DNA of 64,000 bases, from NCBI RefSeq assembly GCF_006345805.1, contig NC_043010.1:57722001-57786000 (forward strand), given 5' to 3'. The notes beneath the pieces are model-generated. The model saw only the letters and a program-made list of their open reading frames with translations. It made no database searches and had not been told where the DNA came from. Positions within the stretch are counted from its first letter, which is position 1, and every line of letters begins with the position of its first letter. The DNA comes from Octopus sinensis. Its lineage: Eukaryota. The translations under genes and the position numbers were made by a program. This document shows positions 35,817 to 49,641 of this stretch, piece by piece.

Positions 35817-37329
35817 TATATATATATATATATATACATACACATATGTATATAAATGTCTGTATGGGTATATATATATATATATATATATAAATGTCTC
35901 TATGAGTATATATATGTATATATATATATAAATTTATGCATATTCACATACATGTACATATGTGTGTGTGTGTGTGTGTAATATATATAAATAGATACAG
36001 ATGAATATGGTACTTAAGTTGAAGCACCAGAATTTAGTACAGTATTATCCATACAATTTCAAAATAAATTGATGTAATGGTTGCCTTGTTCAATTAAATG
36101 GAGTTGCATGAAACGATAGTACTGCATTACCTCTGGATATCCTTGTTGCTTATTTTGATTTTAATCACCTTATATAAATAGATAGATAGATATATAGATG
36201 CACACACACACATATATATGCATATATACATGCATACACACACAAAATATGCATAATATATAACTGTTTTTATTTATGAGTGTGACAATGTGTGTATACA
36301 TATATATTTGTATTCATATGTGTTTGTGATTATATGTGTTTGAGTGTGTGTATGCATGTGCACACATACACACACATGCATGCACAATCACATAAACATA
36401 ATCAGTATGTATATACATCTGCTTCCTCATATGTCCATGATGTGTGTGTATATATATATACACAAGCACATTTATCTCCGCCCTTTCTTCATACTATCCA
36501 GACCCAAACACAGAAATCCTTTGAATCTGAGAGTCTGAGAGTCCGAGATTTTTCAAGACTGACAGCCTGAAGCAACCGCATGTTTTTTGTCCCAGCCAAG
36601 AGGCAGAGTTGGGTAAAGAGCCGGTGGGGGTGGGGGTGGGGTGAGGGGGTAATTTATTGGTGATGCTAACATAGATCTCCATAAATTCCATGGTAATAAT
36701 CGCTGTGATCCTGGTGCCGCATCAGTAGACATTGATGGAGGGTCTGTATTTTTCTTGATTCTTCTCATGAACATTTATTTCTTAGATAAATATCAGATTC
36801 TTGTAAATAGCACTTGGCCAGTGGTTTATGGCAGAGTTCTTTGACAATATCTTCAGGTCTTGGCAGTTAGGAGCTGCAACACAACCACTTATTTTATTAT
36901 TCCTGCAAATGTTTCTGTAGAATATGGAGAAAACAGAGGAAACTAAAAGATATCCATAAAATGTTTTTATTCTGCCTTTTTTTTTTATAATCTTCTTTAA
37001 ACTGGTGTTATTGTTGTTGTGGTTGTTGCTGGCTTTGATGTAGTTGTTGTGTGGTGGTGGTGGTGGTGTTATTACTTTTTTTTTTGTTGCTGTTTATGTA
37101 GTTGTTTCTATAATTGTTGTTGTTTTTGCTGCTGTGGTGGTTTCTTGTTGTTGTAGCTGCCATTGATGCTGTTACTGTTGCAGTTGTTTTTTTTTCTATT
37201 TTAGTTGGTATTGTTGATGTTGTTGATGTGTCTAAACAGCCCTTTGTCATCCCTTCCATTTGCTGACTTCTCCACTTCAATCCAAGTCTTCCTGGGTCTC
37301 CCACTTCCCCAAGTCCCATTCCTTTTAAA

Positions 37330-37990
37330 CACTCAGCATTTCTTTATATAACGGTCCCTTTTCTATGCATCACATGTCCCCATATCAACAACTTTTCTCC
37401 CTTGCACACTAAACCTGATTCTTCTTATGGACACTTTTCCCTCTCAGCTCCCTTGTTCATACCCACGGATATTACACAGCCAATAAAGCATGCTTGCTCC
37501 TTTTCTTTCTCACCTGTAACATATCCTCTACATTCAAGACCCACATTTTATTACCCTGCAGTTTGCACTTCATACACAAATCTCATACAATCTGCACTTT
37601 ACTTTGAAGGAGAAGCCTTCTGATGCCAGCAGAGTTAATAACCTTCTGATCTTTCCCCAGCCAGTTCTTACCCTGGTCCCTCTGCCTTCAGAATGCTCCC
37701 ACTACTTGTTAGGTTTCCTAGGTAGCAGAGCCTATCAACTGCTTGCCTAAATACTTGCTGGAAAGTATATCCCAAGTGCTCTTCTTAATTACTTCCCTGT
37801 GCACCTGATGCTTATCAAGTTTACTTCCTCTGTCTGCTTGCCTTGTAATTCCACTAACATCACATATCCCTTCACAGTTTACACCAAGTTCACCATTCAA
37901 AATTCATTGCAACTTCTTTTCTCTATATTACACTAGACTATTTCCCTGACATCAACAGCTTCCTGTCTGCTTTTCTTCTTTCTTCTTATT
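37330..37990 (-). pseudogene. RTE LINE ORF2 fragment
   Basis: Across frameshifts: VDRLCYLGNLTSSG, RVRTGWGKIRRLLTLLASEGFSFKVKCRLYEICV, MWVLNVEDM, and a WGHVMH-like segment. Confidence 0.8.
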
Positions 37991-38141
37991 CATACTTTAA
38001 GTCTTTGCCAAATTTACTTTGAAACCCTTCCTAATGCCAACTGTTTTACAGAATGTACTGGGTACTTTTTTGCATGATGCTACTTACTACTCAGGACACT
38101 TCATAACATACAAGGCTAATGGAGCTAAATTGTCCATAAAT

Positions 38142-38181
<40 letters not shown>

Positions 38182-38592
38182 GCATGCATGCATACATACA
38201 TACATACGGCTTATACAAAGATGGGAAGTGTCACTGAAGAGGTCACAGATGTGTGACAAAAGATTTCGGGACAATGGACATCAATTAAAATAAGAACAGT
38301 AACAAATGAGTGAACAATGAATATATAGTGCATGTGTGTATTTAACCAAAAAAAAAAACAAAAAACAAAAAAAAAACAATAAAATAAAAAAGAACATCCT
38401 GAAATAAAACAATATATATTGAGTAAATCTATCAGTAATGTACCTCCAATGACTACTGGAAACAGCTGTAAGCCAAGTTTGCTCCAATACAGGAAAAATA
38501 TTTAGTGACCATTATTTTAAACTTGTTTTATATAAATACAATATATATATGTGTGTGTGTATCTGCGTGTGTGTGTCTGCGTGTGTGTGTGT

Positions 38593-38845
38593 GAAGGCAC
38601 ATGGCTCAGTGGTTAGAGTGTCGGGCTTACGGCTGTGAGCTCGAATCCTGGACTGGGTTGCGTGTTGTATCCTTGAGCAAGACACTTTATTTCACATTGC
38701 TTCAGTTCACTCAGCTGTAGCAACGTGTTGCTACGTCACTGGTGCCAAGCTGTATCGGCCCCTTTGCCTTTCCCTTGGATAACACTGGTGGCATGGAGAG
38801 GGGAGGCCGGTATGCATGGGTGACTGCTGGTCTTCCATAAACCAC
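38593..38845 (+). mobile_element. tRNA-SINE family E
   Basis: gaaggcacatggctcagtggttagagtg ... tcgaatcctggactgg ... tccttgagcaagacactttatttc. Confidence 0.8.
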
Positions 38846-39172
38846 AATATTGACAGTGACTTCGAAGTTTCAGCCAGTTAAGCCATCATTGGACAGTCAC
38901 TGTCAATAATATTCTTCTTTTAAGAATAATATAAATATATATATATATATATAAGATAGCAAATACATATATGTATGTATAAGAATCTTTTCAATTATAT
39001 TAATGTCAACATGATGTGTGAATATATATACACATGATCAGAAATGAATGTATATATATATGCATATATGATTACGTATTGATGTGTGGTTGCTGTGAGC
39101 TTTTGTGCTCCTGTATATATTTTACAGTAGACTTTGCTGTGGTTCTTAAATTGACATTTTTATGGCGTAGGT

Positions 39173-39219
<47 letters not shown>

Positions 39220-39220
39220 G

Positions 39221-39257
<37 letters not shown>

Positions 39258-39441
39258 GATAAATATATATATATATATAGATAAATGTGAAGAGAGAGTG
39301 AGACGTTAATGAGTATATATGTAAATGGTTGTGTATGTATCAGTTTCATTACCTGAAATACTGTGTCAAGCAGACCTCAGCCCTCCTCGCTAACTCCTCT
39401 TTCCCAACTTTAATCATATATATTTACATAGGTATGCATAT

Positions 39442-39508
<67 letters not shown>

Positions 39509-39629
39509 CATGCTAATATATGTATATATATACACACACACATTCACACATACAGATGCACACAAAACCACACATATCTATGTACTATATATATGTGTAT
39601 ATACATACACACATATATACATATATATC

Positions 39630-39661
<32 letters not shown>

Positions 39662-40325
39662 TACATACATACAGTCATGCACAACACGCACACAAACACA
39701 CACACTGCTATCCATCTACATGTCTCTTCTCACTACAGAACATTCTAGATCTTTGATAGAATTCAGACTAAATTTCTCACCCTACCCCCACACACCTTCC
39801 CCACCAACCATTGGGGACTTCAGGTCCGATCAGATGAACTCAACCATGACATCTTGCATACACTGCACTGCAACGACTGCACTTTGATCTTGCAATTACT
39901 TCCTTCGCAGTCACTGATCACAGGAGCTGGCCACACTTGTTCCGGTGACTGGTCAGCATCATACAGCAAAACACATTCACACACACACACACATGCGTGC
40001 ATACACGCACTCACACACACACACACACACATGAATGCACAGACACTCATACATATATACACATATGCATATATATACAACATAGGCTGAAAGTAGATAC
40101 ACACATATAATCATATACATTGACTGTATTGTGTGAACACACAAACATTCATATTTATACATATACACACGCACGTGCACAGTTATACACACCAGCAAAT
40201 ACAAACATGCAAATATACTTAGTTTGGTTGGTCACTTTGACCACAAAGTACATGACTATGGTACATAGAGAGATACACACACACACAAACATACATATAT
40301 ATGTGTGTGTGTGTTGATGTTGATT

Positions 40326-40382
<57 letters not shown>

Positions 40383-40574
40383 TGTTATATCATGAACACG
40401 CATGTACACAGATATCTGCATGCACAAACAGCACGTGCACACACACACACATCCACGTGCATATATACATACATATATACATACATATATACATATACAT
40501 ATATACATATATACATATATACATACATATATATATACATACATATATACATATGCAAATCCAACACATACACA

Positions 40575-40613
<39 letters not shown>

Positions 40614-41069
40614 ACCCCTTTCCTTTGAAATGTTTTCTACTGAACAGTCATCGTTCAGATAAACTGTTTAATCCTTCTTAATCCTCTCCTATTTTTCTGT
40701 CTTTCTCCTTAATATCCAATCTGAAAATAATGACATTTCAAGATTCAGTGATGTTTCTTTCCAGACCTTCTTGGACTTGTCATTTGTAGAAATTCCATGA
40801 CATTGTCACATGTTCTGTCAGACAGCAAAGGATCATGGGAAGGATGATGTCACTGATATAATCAATGAAGGATTTAAATTAACGAATATAAACAGAGAGG
40901 CAGAGGCATGGCTTCTGGTAAGAAGTTTGCTTCCTAACCTCATGGTTCTAGGTTCAGCCCCACTGTGTGGCGCCTTGGGCAAGTGTTTCCCTTCCGTTAG
41001 GTTGTCAAGTATGAAACTTGTAGAAGACAAAAAAAATTTGCTAATGTTTTATAAATACAAGGAATAGTT

Positions 41070-41330
41070 TTATTCATCAAAGTTTGCTCCCATTTTGTCA
41101 ATAGACTTTTGCCATTTCAGCAGTCGCTTGTCCGGCCCGGAACTGTAAAAGCCTGGCAATCTAGAGTCTATAAGATCTTGGAAGTCCTGTTTTACAGCAT
41201 CATCGTAATTAAATTTCTTTCCTGTCCAAATTCTGGAAGAAGTGGTATCAGTGGGGGCAAGATCAGGTGAGTAGGGTGGATGATGGAGAACTTTTTGTTA
41301 ATCTACCTGTGATTCCACTGCATCTCTTAC
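41070..41330 (-). pseudogene. Mariner transposase C-terminal fragment
   Basis: KVLHHPPYSPDLAPTD ... GKKFNYDDAVKQDFQDLIDSRLPGFYSSG ... KWQKSIDKMGANFDE*. Confidence 0.85.
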
Positions 41331-41603
41331 GGGTCCATAGTTTACCCTGGGTGCCTTGAATGGAATCTCTGCCAACCCCTTTCCTACATATTCAGCAGGG
41401 CCATTTCCCTTTCTTGCCAACAACTTTGGTCTTTGCTAGGTTAACTTTAATAAGTACCAGGCTTAAAAAAACAATTAAGGACCAGTGGCAATTCATTAAA
41501 ATAAAAGAACCTTTAAGGTGGTGCCACAGCATGGCCAGAGTCTTACAACTAAAACAAGTAATGGATAAAACAGTAAAAAGTGAGTGTGCATGCATGAATG
41601 TAT

Positions 41604-41640
<37 letters not shown>

Positions 41641-42233
41641 TGTGTATGTATCTGTGTGTGTGTATATATGTAAATGTATGTATCTGTATATATATATATG
41701 TGTGAATGTGTGTATGTATCTGAGTGTGTATATATGTAAATGTATGTATCTGTGTGTATGTGAATGTGTGGTATGTGTGTCCATGTTTTTATACACTAAC
41801 AGTGCAAACTCCTGAAATCATCATAAATGTCTACTTGGTGTTTTATTGTCTCTACCTCTTCAACAACAATAACGACAACAACAACAACAACAGTTGCAGC
41901 AGCAACAAAACAAGCTGCAGGAATTGAAATTTGGTGTTCACCAAATTTCTACATTTTCAACATGGAACTGTTTTCTAAGTGAAAGTTGAAATGTTGCTTT
42001 AAAAAAATGCTAATGCAAAACTCTGAGTATTTCATTTGTAAAACCCACAGAAATTAATTGCAGAAAATCGTTTTTCTGTTGTTATTTTTGATAATCTTTA
42101 ATATGTTCTGTGGTGAGGGGCTTTCCTTTGCATCTCTATAAACAGACTCACACAAATATACACACAAACACTACATTTTATCAACTGATATTTTTACATA
42201 TATATAGGATATAGCTGTATGCATGTGTATATT

Positions 42234-42270
<37 letters not shown>

Positions 42271-42609
42271 TCCAGGTGAGATATTTTGGAATTTAAATTT
42301 ATATGTCAGACAAACATCTATCTGCCAGTTACTTCTCGCTACAATGAAAAGTTAGAAGGAATGGATGATGATGGAGATGACGACGGCAAAGATGATGATG
42401 GTAACGACGATAACGAAGACGATGATTATGATTATGATGTTGAGGATGACAAATGTGATGATGACGAGGATGACAATGATGCTGTGCATGATGGTGGGGG
42501 AAGGTGACATGTCGTTGGTGTGGCAGAAGTGCTGTTACCATCAACCGTTTTAACACGCTATGTAACTACTGCAAGTCACTTTTAAGTAGCCTAACACCAG
42601 CAGCTGCAT

Positions 42610-42642
<33 letters not shown>

Positions 42643-44279
42643 GCATGCACGTGGGAGTGGGTGGAAACGATTCCTAAATTAATAAACTATCTCTAAAATA
42701 TTTTTATTTCATCAAATGATTTTTCCTCCGAAATTAATTGCCAACGTAATTTAAATATGAATATTTAATAGTTTTAATTATTTTTTCCCCTTCCTGCCTG
42801 CCTTCCTCATTTCCTTCTCTCACACTGTTTCAACTCATTAGAAAATTAACGAGCTTGAAGAAAGCTTCTAATTTGCAAGCTGGAGCTGGTCTCTGCTGAT
42901 AGCTGTGTTCTTAATGGCTTTTTTGCAATGTGGCTGCTTGACTGAAGCAATCATATAGCATGTCAACACAACTGGATGGCACACAGCTATGGAATGGGGG
43001 TGGTGCTGGCTGGGGAGGGCAGGATGATCTAGGGTAGGGTAGAGGACGTGACTGGGGGATAGGGGAGGGTGTAAAGGGAGGGGTGAAGGCAAAGGAGTGT
43101 TTAAGGGTTTCCTTCACTTGATGTGTTTTTTAGATGCAGCAATAACTACTGTAGTTAAAGTACTGGTTGTAGTGGTGGTGGTGGTGATAGTAACGGTCAT
43201 GATTGTGGTGGTGGTGGTGGTGATGGCTGTAGTAGTGGTCATAGTGATGGTGGTGGTGGTGGTGGTGGTGGAGGTTGTAGTAGTAGCGGCGTTAGTGGTT
43301 GTGGTGGTGTGTGGTAGCGAGGGAGATGCAGTACTAATTGTGGGTGGTGGTGTCAGTTGTGGTGGTCAGTCCCTAATTTTTGTAGGTTCTGGTGCAGTGT
43401 TGCTGCTGTTTAGCTCCAGGTCTACCCTAACTGGACAGACTAATATACTATGCCCCCCCCCCCATTTTTATGTATAATCCTGTCTCCACTGACCAGCATG
43501 TTCTAGATTTTTAGCACAGGGAAAGATTTCATTTTAGGAAGACTTGCTGCTATTTCTAACTGCACATATGACCACATAGAGACACACACATTCTCTCTCT
43601 TTCTCTCCCTCCCCCTCTCTCTCCCTTTCTCCTTGCTGTATGTTGTGATGTAGTGTGTGATGCAGTGATGCGTGATGTTTGAATCAGTGAACCATGGGAC
43701 TATTCTGGTGGCAGTGACCATGCTGTGTTTCCTTCATGAATTAACAACTACAAGGAGACTTTCGGTCAACAGGGACAACATCATCATCATCACCAGGTGT
43801 AGAAGTAACATGACTGTCATGATGACTACCACTAACCACCACCACCACCACCATCATTATCGCCATCATCATCATCATCACCATCATAGTCATCACTACT
43901 ACCACAACCACCATTTAATGTACAAGTAAACTAATGAGTATAAGGAGTATCATACTATGTCTTCACAACACCAAATGTCACACAACAGATGCCACACAAC
44001 ACCAGCCACCACACAACATCAGACGCTACACAACACCAGATTTTTCCTCTCTATATGCTGCTTGACCTGTTAAAAATAGCAAAAAATAAAAGAAAAACAA
44101 GACACAAAATATTCCCGATTGGAATTCTTTTTTGATCACAGATCTGCAGGATCAAATTGGATGTAGGGCAGAAGTGAAAGACAAAACCAATACCTGGAAG
44201 TGGCTGAGAAAAAGGGATCTGAAAGGATGCAGCACCTAGGAACAAGCTCTGAGAACTGATTTCACCAAGTTGCAAATAG

Positions 44280-45110
44280 ATAAGAGTTGTGAATCACCTC
44301 TTGGTAGAATGTGTGGCAGCGAAAATGAGACAAAGTAACATGTTGTGAGTGTAACAAACTGACTGAAAAAGAATACAAAACGGAGGCACAAAAAGATGGC
44401 TGAGTATGTTCAGGGAAGACTGTGTAAGAGTGACAGACATTGAAGTGGTGGGGTTATAAACCAGATATCACTAAGAATAATGAGTATAAGGTCTTATGGG
44501 AGTTTAGTGATTGATGATTGGACCCCAGACATTGTTGGAGTTGATAAAATGATGAAGGAAACCAAGATTAAAGATATTGCTATGACTGCAGATGTATAAG
44601 AGGATGATAAAGAATTGGAAAAGATTAAGAAGTACAAGAAGCCACTACAGGATGAGATTGTGCAAATGTGGGCAACAGAGGAAGTAACTGCTATCCCAGC
44701 AGGAGCATTGGGAGCATTAACAAAGAGGGTTGAGAAATTTGTTGGAGAAATTGCTTATATCCTACGTAAAATACTGTGTAGGTAATCTCAAATTTTAAAG
44801 AAACTCTTAATTTTTAATGTTTTCTTAAACATTCTCTAGAACTATACTATGTGCAGAACCAAATATATGACACCCTAGGCATAACACCAACTTGAACTGC
44901 TAACTTGTTGTCTCTTGAGGTCTCTGGGTGAGGTTAGGACATGGTCAGAAAACTGCTCTGTTGGGGACAGCAAAACTTTGAGACTAGTATTATGGAAAGC
45001 GATCCTGTGAGATCCTTGGCAACAGGTTGTTGTCCGCTCTTACAGAATTAGTCAGAGTAAGTGATATTGAGAGAGGTGAGACCTGAAATAATAATAATAA
45101 TAATAATGAT
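44280..45110 (+). pseudogene. R4/Dong-clade element, family 2: zinc-knuckle and restriction-like endonuclease end, 3' UTR and (TAA)n tail
   Basis: RMCGSENET..HVVS, RH, KVLWEF, PDIV, DIA, KELEKIKKY, GALGAL, then TALLGTAK after a ~175 bp insertion; ends in taataataataataataat. Confidence 0.7.
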
Positions 45111-45399
45111 AGTTAGAGTAGTAGTAGTAATAACAATAATAAGTTTATTTTTTGAACCTGTAGAAGACCCACGAGATGTTGAAATATCGTTCACTTGATA
45201 ACAATGGCACTCTTCTTTTTTTTTATGTTTTGCTTCTATATCTTCTAGAGGAGTTACCTCAATCCTATACATATTACCAAAAATAAAGTAGATTGACAAG
45301 TTTATTTCTTTAACCTGTGGAAGACACATGAGATGTCAAAATATCATTCATTTGATGATGATGATGATGATGATAATAATAATAATAATAATAATATTA

Positions 45400-46720
45400 A
45401 TATCATTAACTGGTCAATTACTGAAATATGTAATCTTGACAGAAAGATACAAAAATTGTTGACAATGCATAGAATGCTCCACCCTAAGGCAGATATAGAA
45501 CAACTTCATCTGCCAAGAAAAGAGGGAGGCCATGGACTTTTGCAACTGGAATTAACAATGAAGATTGCTGCAATTGGCCTAAACATCTACTTGAAAAACT
45601 CTGGGGACTGGATGTTAAAACTTGTCTCAAAACATGAAAACAAGAAAGCATCTTACTCAGTAACAAAACAAGCAAAGGAATATCTAAGTGAATTCCAAAT
45701 ACAACAAATTTCGGAATTAGATGTACTGGAAACAAGCCTAGAAAAAGCTAAGCACATGAAAACCGGTGCTAGAACTGCTGCCTTGGATATTCTTACTGAT
45801 AAATGGCAAGGAAAACCTCTCAATGGCAAATACCCAAAGAGAGCTAAGAATGCCGATGTTGACAAAGCCCTTACCCATCTATAGTTAGTGTCTTCTGGCT
45901 TAAAATCAGAAATAGAAGAGTTTATCATAGCAGCCCAAGATAAAGGACCTACAAAGGACAAACAGGCCAATATATTAAAGAACGGCAGTTGCCCAACATG
46001 CCGTGTATGTCAACAGCAAAATGAAACCATTGATCATGTTGTCTCCATTGGCAGTCTTCTTGCGCCTACAGAGTATCTCAACAGGCATGATAGAGCAGCT
46101 GAATATATTCACTGGATAATTTGCAAAAACCTGGACTTGCCCCATGATAAAAACTGGTGGGAACACAAACCAACTCCAGTGCTTGAAAATGACCACATCT
46201 CACTCCTCTGGAACTGACCGAAAGATACATGCAGATAGCCCAGGCATTATGTTGAAAGACTTCAGACAAAAACCATGCCTCCTCATTGATATGACTGTCC
46301 CAATCAACATAAACATATCTGTCAAGACCTACCAAAAACTGAGCAAGTATAAAGATCTTGAAATAGAAATTGGCAAAATGTGGAACCTCAAGGCTAAAAC
46401 AATACTTGTCATAGGTGCTCTAGGAATGATAGCAAAAGGGGCTGATTGCTACCTAGCTCAGATACCAGGAAACCCCAAAATGGCAGAAATTCAAAAGATA
46501 GTGCTACATAAAATATTGTGTATGTAATCTCAAATTTTAAAACAAACTCTTAAATTTTTAATGTTTTCTTAAACATTCTCTATATATTTGCAGAACCAAA
46601 TATATGACACCCTACACATAACACTAACATGAACTTCCAACTTGTTGTCTTTGAGGTCTCTGGGTGAGACTTGGAGCCAACTTGTACAAATGCAAAGCAA
46701 ATGTCAAACTTAAAATAAGA
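45400..46720 (+). pseudogene. R4/Dong-clade element, family 1, 5'-truncated
   Basis: LDRKIQKLLTMHRMLHPKADIEQLHLPRKEGGHGL, IIAAQD, CPTCRVCQQQNETIDHVVS, RHD, WWEHKP, LLIDMTVP, KLSKYKDL, IGALG; a few stops and frameshifts. Confidence 0.9.
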
Positions 46721-47114
46721 ATAACAGCTCTCAACTACCAACATGACTCAAAAATCAGCATTGCTTGATACTCCAAGAATTCTTTGCAGGGTTCTTGAAG
46801 CATGACCAGTAAACAAGTGTCACCTTAGTCTGCTGGCTGTGGACAACTGACACTTTCCATCATACCCAGCAAAATAAGCTGTGAGTTTGCATCAAATAGT
46901 TGTAATAATAATTTCAAATTTTGGCTCCAAGCCAGCAATCTCAAGTGGGTAAGTAATTCAATTACATTGACCCCTGTGCTTGAATATTTTATCGAATCTG
47001 AATGTTGAAAGACAAAGTCAGCCTCAGCAGAATTTGAACTCAGATCATAAAGTTGGACAAAATGCTGCTGAGCTTCATTTTAATAATGATGTATTAAGGG
47101 CACAATTCAAGCGT

Positions 47115-47399
47115 GATCGTTACCAGTGTTGCCTTACTGGCCCCTGTGCCGGTGGCATGTGTAAAAAGATTCAAGCAAGGTCATTGCCAGTGCTGCCTGA
47201 CTGGCCCCCATGCCGGTGGCATGTAAAAAGCACCCACTACATTCTCGGAGTGGTTGGCGTTAGGAAGGGCGTCCAACTGTAGGAACTCTGCCTGATCAAG
47301 ATTGAAGCCTGGTGCAGCCATCTAGTTCGCCAGCCCTCAGTCAAAATCGTCCAACCCATGCTAGCATGGATAGCGGACGTTAAATGATGATGATGATGT
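47115..47399 (+). mobile_element. RTE-tailed repeat copy with internal duplication
   Basis: gtgccggtggcatgtgtaaaaag ... ggttggcgttaggaagggcgtccaactgtag ... aacccatgctagcatggatagcggacgttaaatgatgatg. Confidence 0.85.
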
Positions 47400-49543
47400 A
47401 TTAAGAGAGAAAAATTAGAGAACCAGGAATAAGGAGTTGGAGAAGTGAGGGGCTATATGGATTGTGGGTAGCATTTGTTCTTCAAGTGGCCACACCCAAG
47501 ATCCATTTTAGAAGATGTCCACTCAGAAAGTTCTGGCTCAGCAAAGAATCTCTGTCCATTATGAAGCTTTGGTTGGCCGTCTGTTTCATGCTGTGTGTCT
47601 CCAATCCCCATAACATCAGTGTAGTTGAGGAACCTTTTACAATGAGGCAGTGTCTAAAGTATGACAGCTGATAAGGGCCAGCAAAGGCCACCCTGTGCAG
47701 AGAGACAAGAGTACAGATGATGCCGAGTACATAAACCTCTTCATTCATCTTGTGGTGATGCCATCGAATAGATTCAACTCTTTCAAAATTCAAACAAAAC
47801 ATCCATCCTATGGTCTTGTATTCACACTATGAGATGTTTTACTGTTCCTTTATATCCTGTAACTTAGCAGTTCAATAAGTAGATATCAATAAAATATGCA
47901 CTGGTGTCAATGTGACTGACTGTCTTGCAAACGGTGCTCCAGCATGGCCATATTCCAATGACTGAAATCAATAAAACAGTAAAAGGATAGAGAACTTCTT
48001 TTTGTGTGTCAGTGGGTGTTTGTGTGTGTATGAATGTGCTTGTGTGTGTGTAAGAGTGTTTGTGTGTGTGTCGTGTATGTGTTTGTGAATGTTTGTAGGT
48101 CAGTTCAAACTCAACTACTACTACTACTACTACTATAATTTAGTCAATCCTCCCTGCCTCGCCAACCACCTCCCCTTTTCCTCCCTATTGAGTTGTGTTT
48201 GGTTTAGCTTTGGGTGTGGGTCTAGGAGTTTGGTAACTGTGTGTGTGTGTAGCTATATTGGTATGTGTACATGTAGTTATGTGTGTGTATATTTAGCTGA
48301 GCATGTGCATAAGTGTGTGTGTGTGTGCGTGTATACCAGTGAGTGAATAAGTTTGTTGCTTGTTGTCTGTTTATGTATGTAGAGTCTAAAAATAAATAAC
48401 AATGAATAAATACCCGGGGTCTCCGGCTGCATGTAAACCTAACAGTGAAGCAGACACTAACACACATAAAGTAGTAACCAAGATAATTTAATTAATTAGA
48501 ATTCTTAATGATAAGTACAATTATTTCCTTGATGATTAATTTAATTTTAGTTTAAAAACACAAGGGATACAATCCTAAAATTGTAATTAAAATATGAAAT
48601 ATTATGGCAGGGGTGGTGGGTGGGTGGGTACCTTGTCTCCATTGTTTTATTGTTTTTTGTTTTTACCAGAATTAATAATTTTGATAAATGTTTGGCTCAT
48701 CAACATTATTTTAAATTTAATTAAATTTTCTTATCCTACTATATTAATTAATATGTTAATGTTCACTTCACTATCAAGCTTTCATACAGCAGGCACCCCT
48801 GAGAATGATTCCTCATTCTTTCAAGTTATCTCACAACTCAGGGTGTCTCCATGAATCACATCATCACTCTCTCTCTCTCTCCCTCCCTCACTCATTCTCT
48901 CTTTCTCATGCTCCCTTTGTCATTCATTTTCTTTCTCCCTCTGTCTCTTTCTCTCTGCTTCTCTGTTTCTCTTGTCTTTTCTTTCTCTCCCTCTCCATCT
49001 CACTTTCATTCTTTCTATCTCTCACTCCCCCTCACTTCCTGTCTCTCCATCTCCCCCTCTTTATCCCTCTTTCTTTCCTTTTCTCTCACCATCTCCCACT
49101 CTGCCTCACTGTCTGTCTGTCCCACCTTCTCTCTTTCTCTCACCTTCCTCACTTCCCTCTCTCTTTCTTTCTCTCACATCTAATATTGTTTCATCTTAGT
49201 AACACCGAGACAATAGTTCACTGACAAGGTTTAATAAGTCAGAAACATGTCCACAATTATTTCCCCCCACCATTGTTAAACATCACTCTTATCCTTTTTC
49301 TTTCTATTTTATATTTAATTAAGTCTTAACTTATTGAATTTCCATGGATGATGCCATCATCCATGCTAGCGGCCACTTCACTGCTTATGCATTAGTCAAG
49401 ATTGTGTGTTTGTGTGTGCTTATGTGTGTAAATATGTGTGTGTGTGTGTGTGCGGTTAGCAAATAATTTGAATTACTGCATAAATTAAAAATGTTCAGTA
49501 AAGAGTTTAGGCAAATACAAATGAATCTATGTCTGTTTACACA

Positions 49544-49587
<44 letters not shown>

Positions 49588-49641
49588 TACGCATGCATGC
49601 AAGAATATAATTCCATAGACACATATTTTTATATGTATTTA

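Noticed and set aside
37402-37623. Plus-strand ORF that superficially resembles a GIY-YIG domain (CTSYTNLIQSALYFEGE)
   Set aside because: The opposite strand gives a much better, multi-motif match to RTE ORF2, so the plus frame is a shadow ORF.
38228-38275. CTGAAGA with a gtcac/gtgac hairpin
   Set aside because: G12 is missing and stem I is out of register; possibly a decayed hammerhead but too weak to call.
39865-39900. U2 snRNA-like stretch on the minus strand (gcaagatcaaagtgcagt)
   Set aside because: Short match with mismatches; the flanking U2 stems and Sm site are absent.
48795-48850. Hairpin-rich segment with GAAA and a 7 bp stem resembling hammerhead stem III
   Set aside because: No CUGANGA box in register and stem I does not close.
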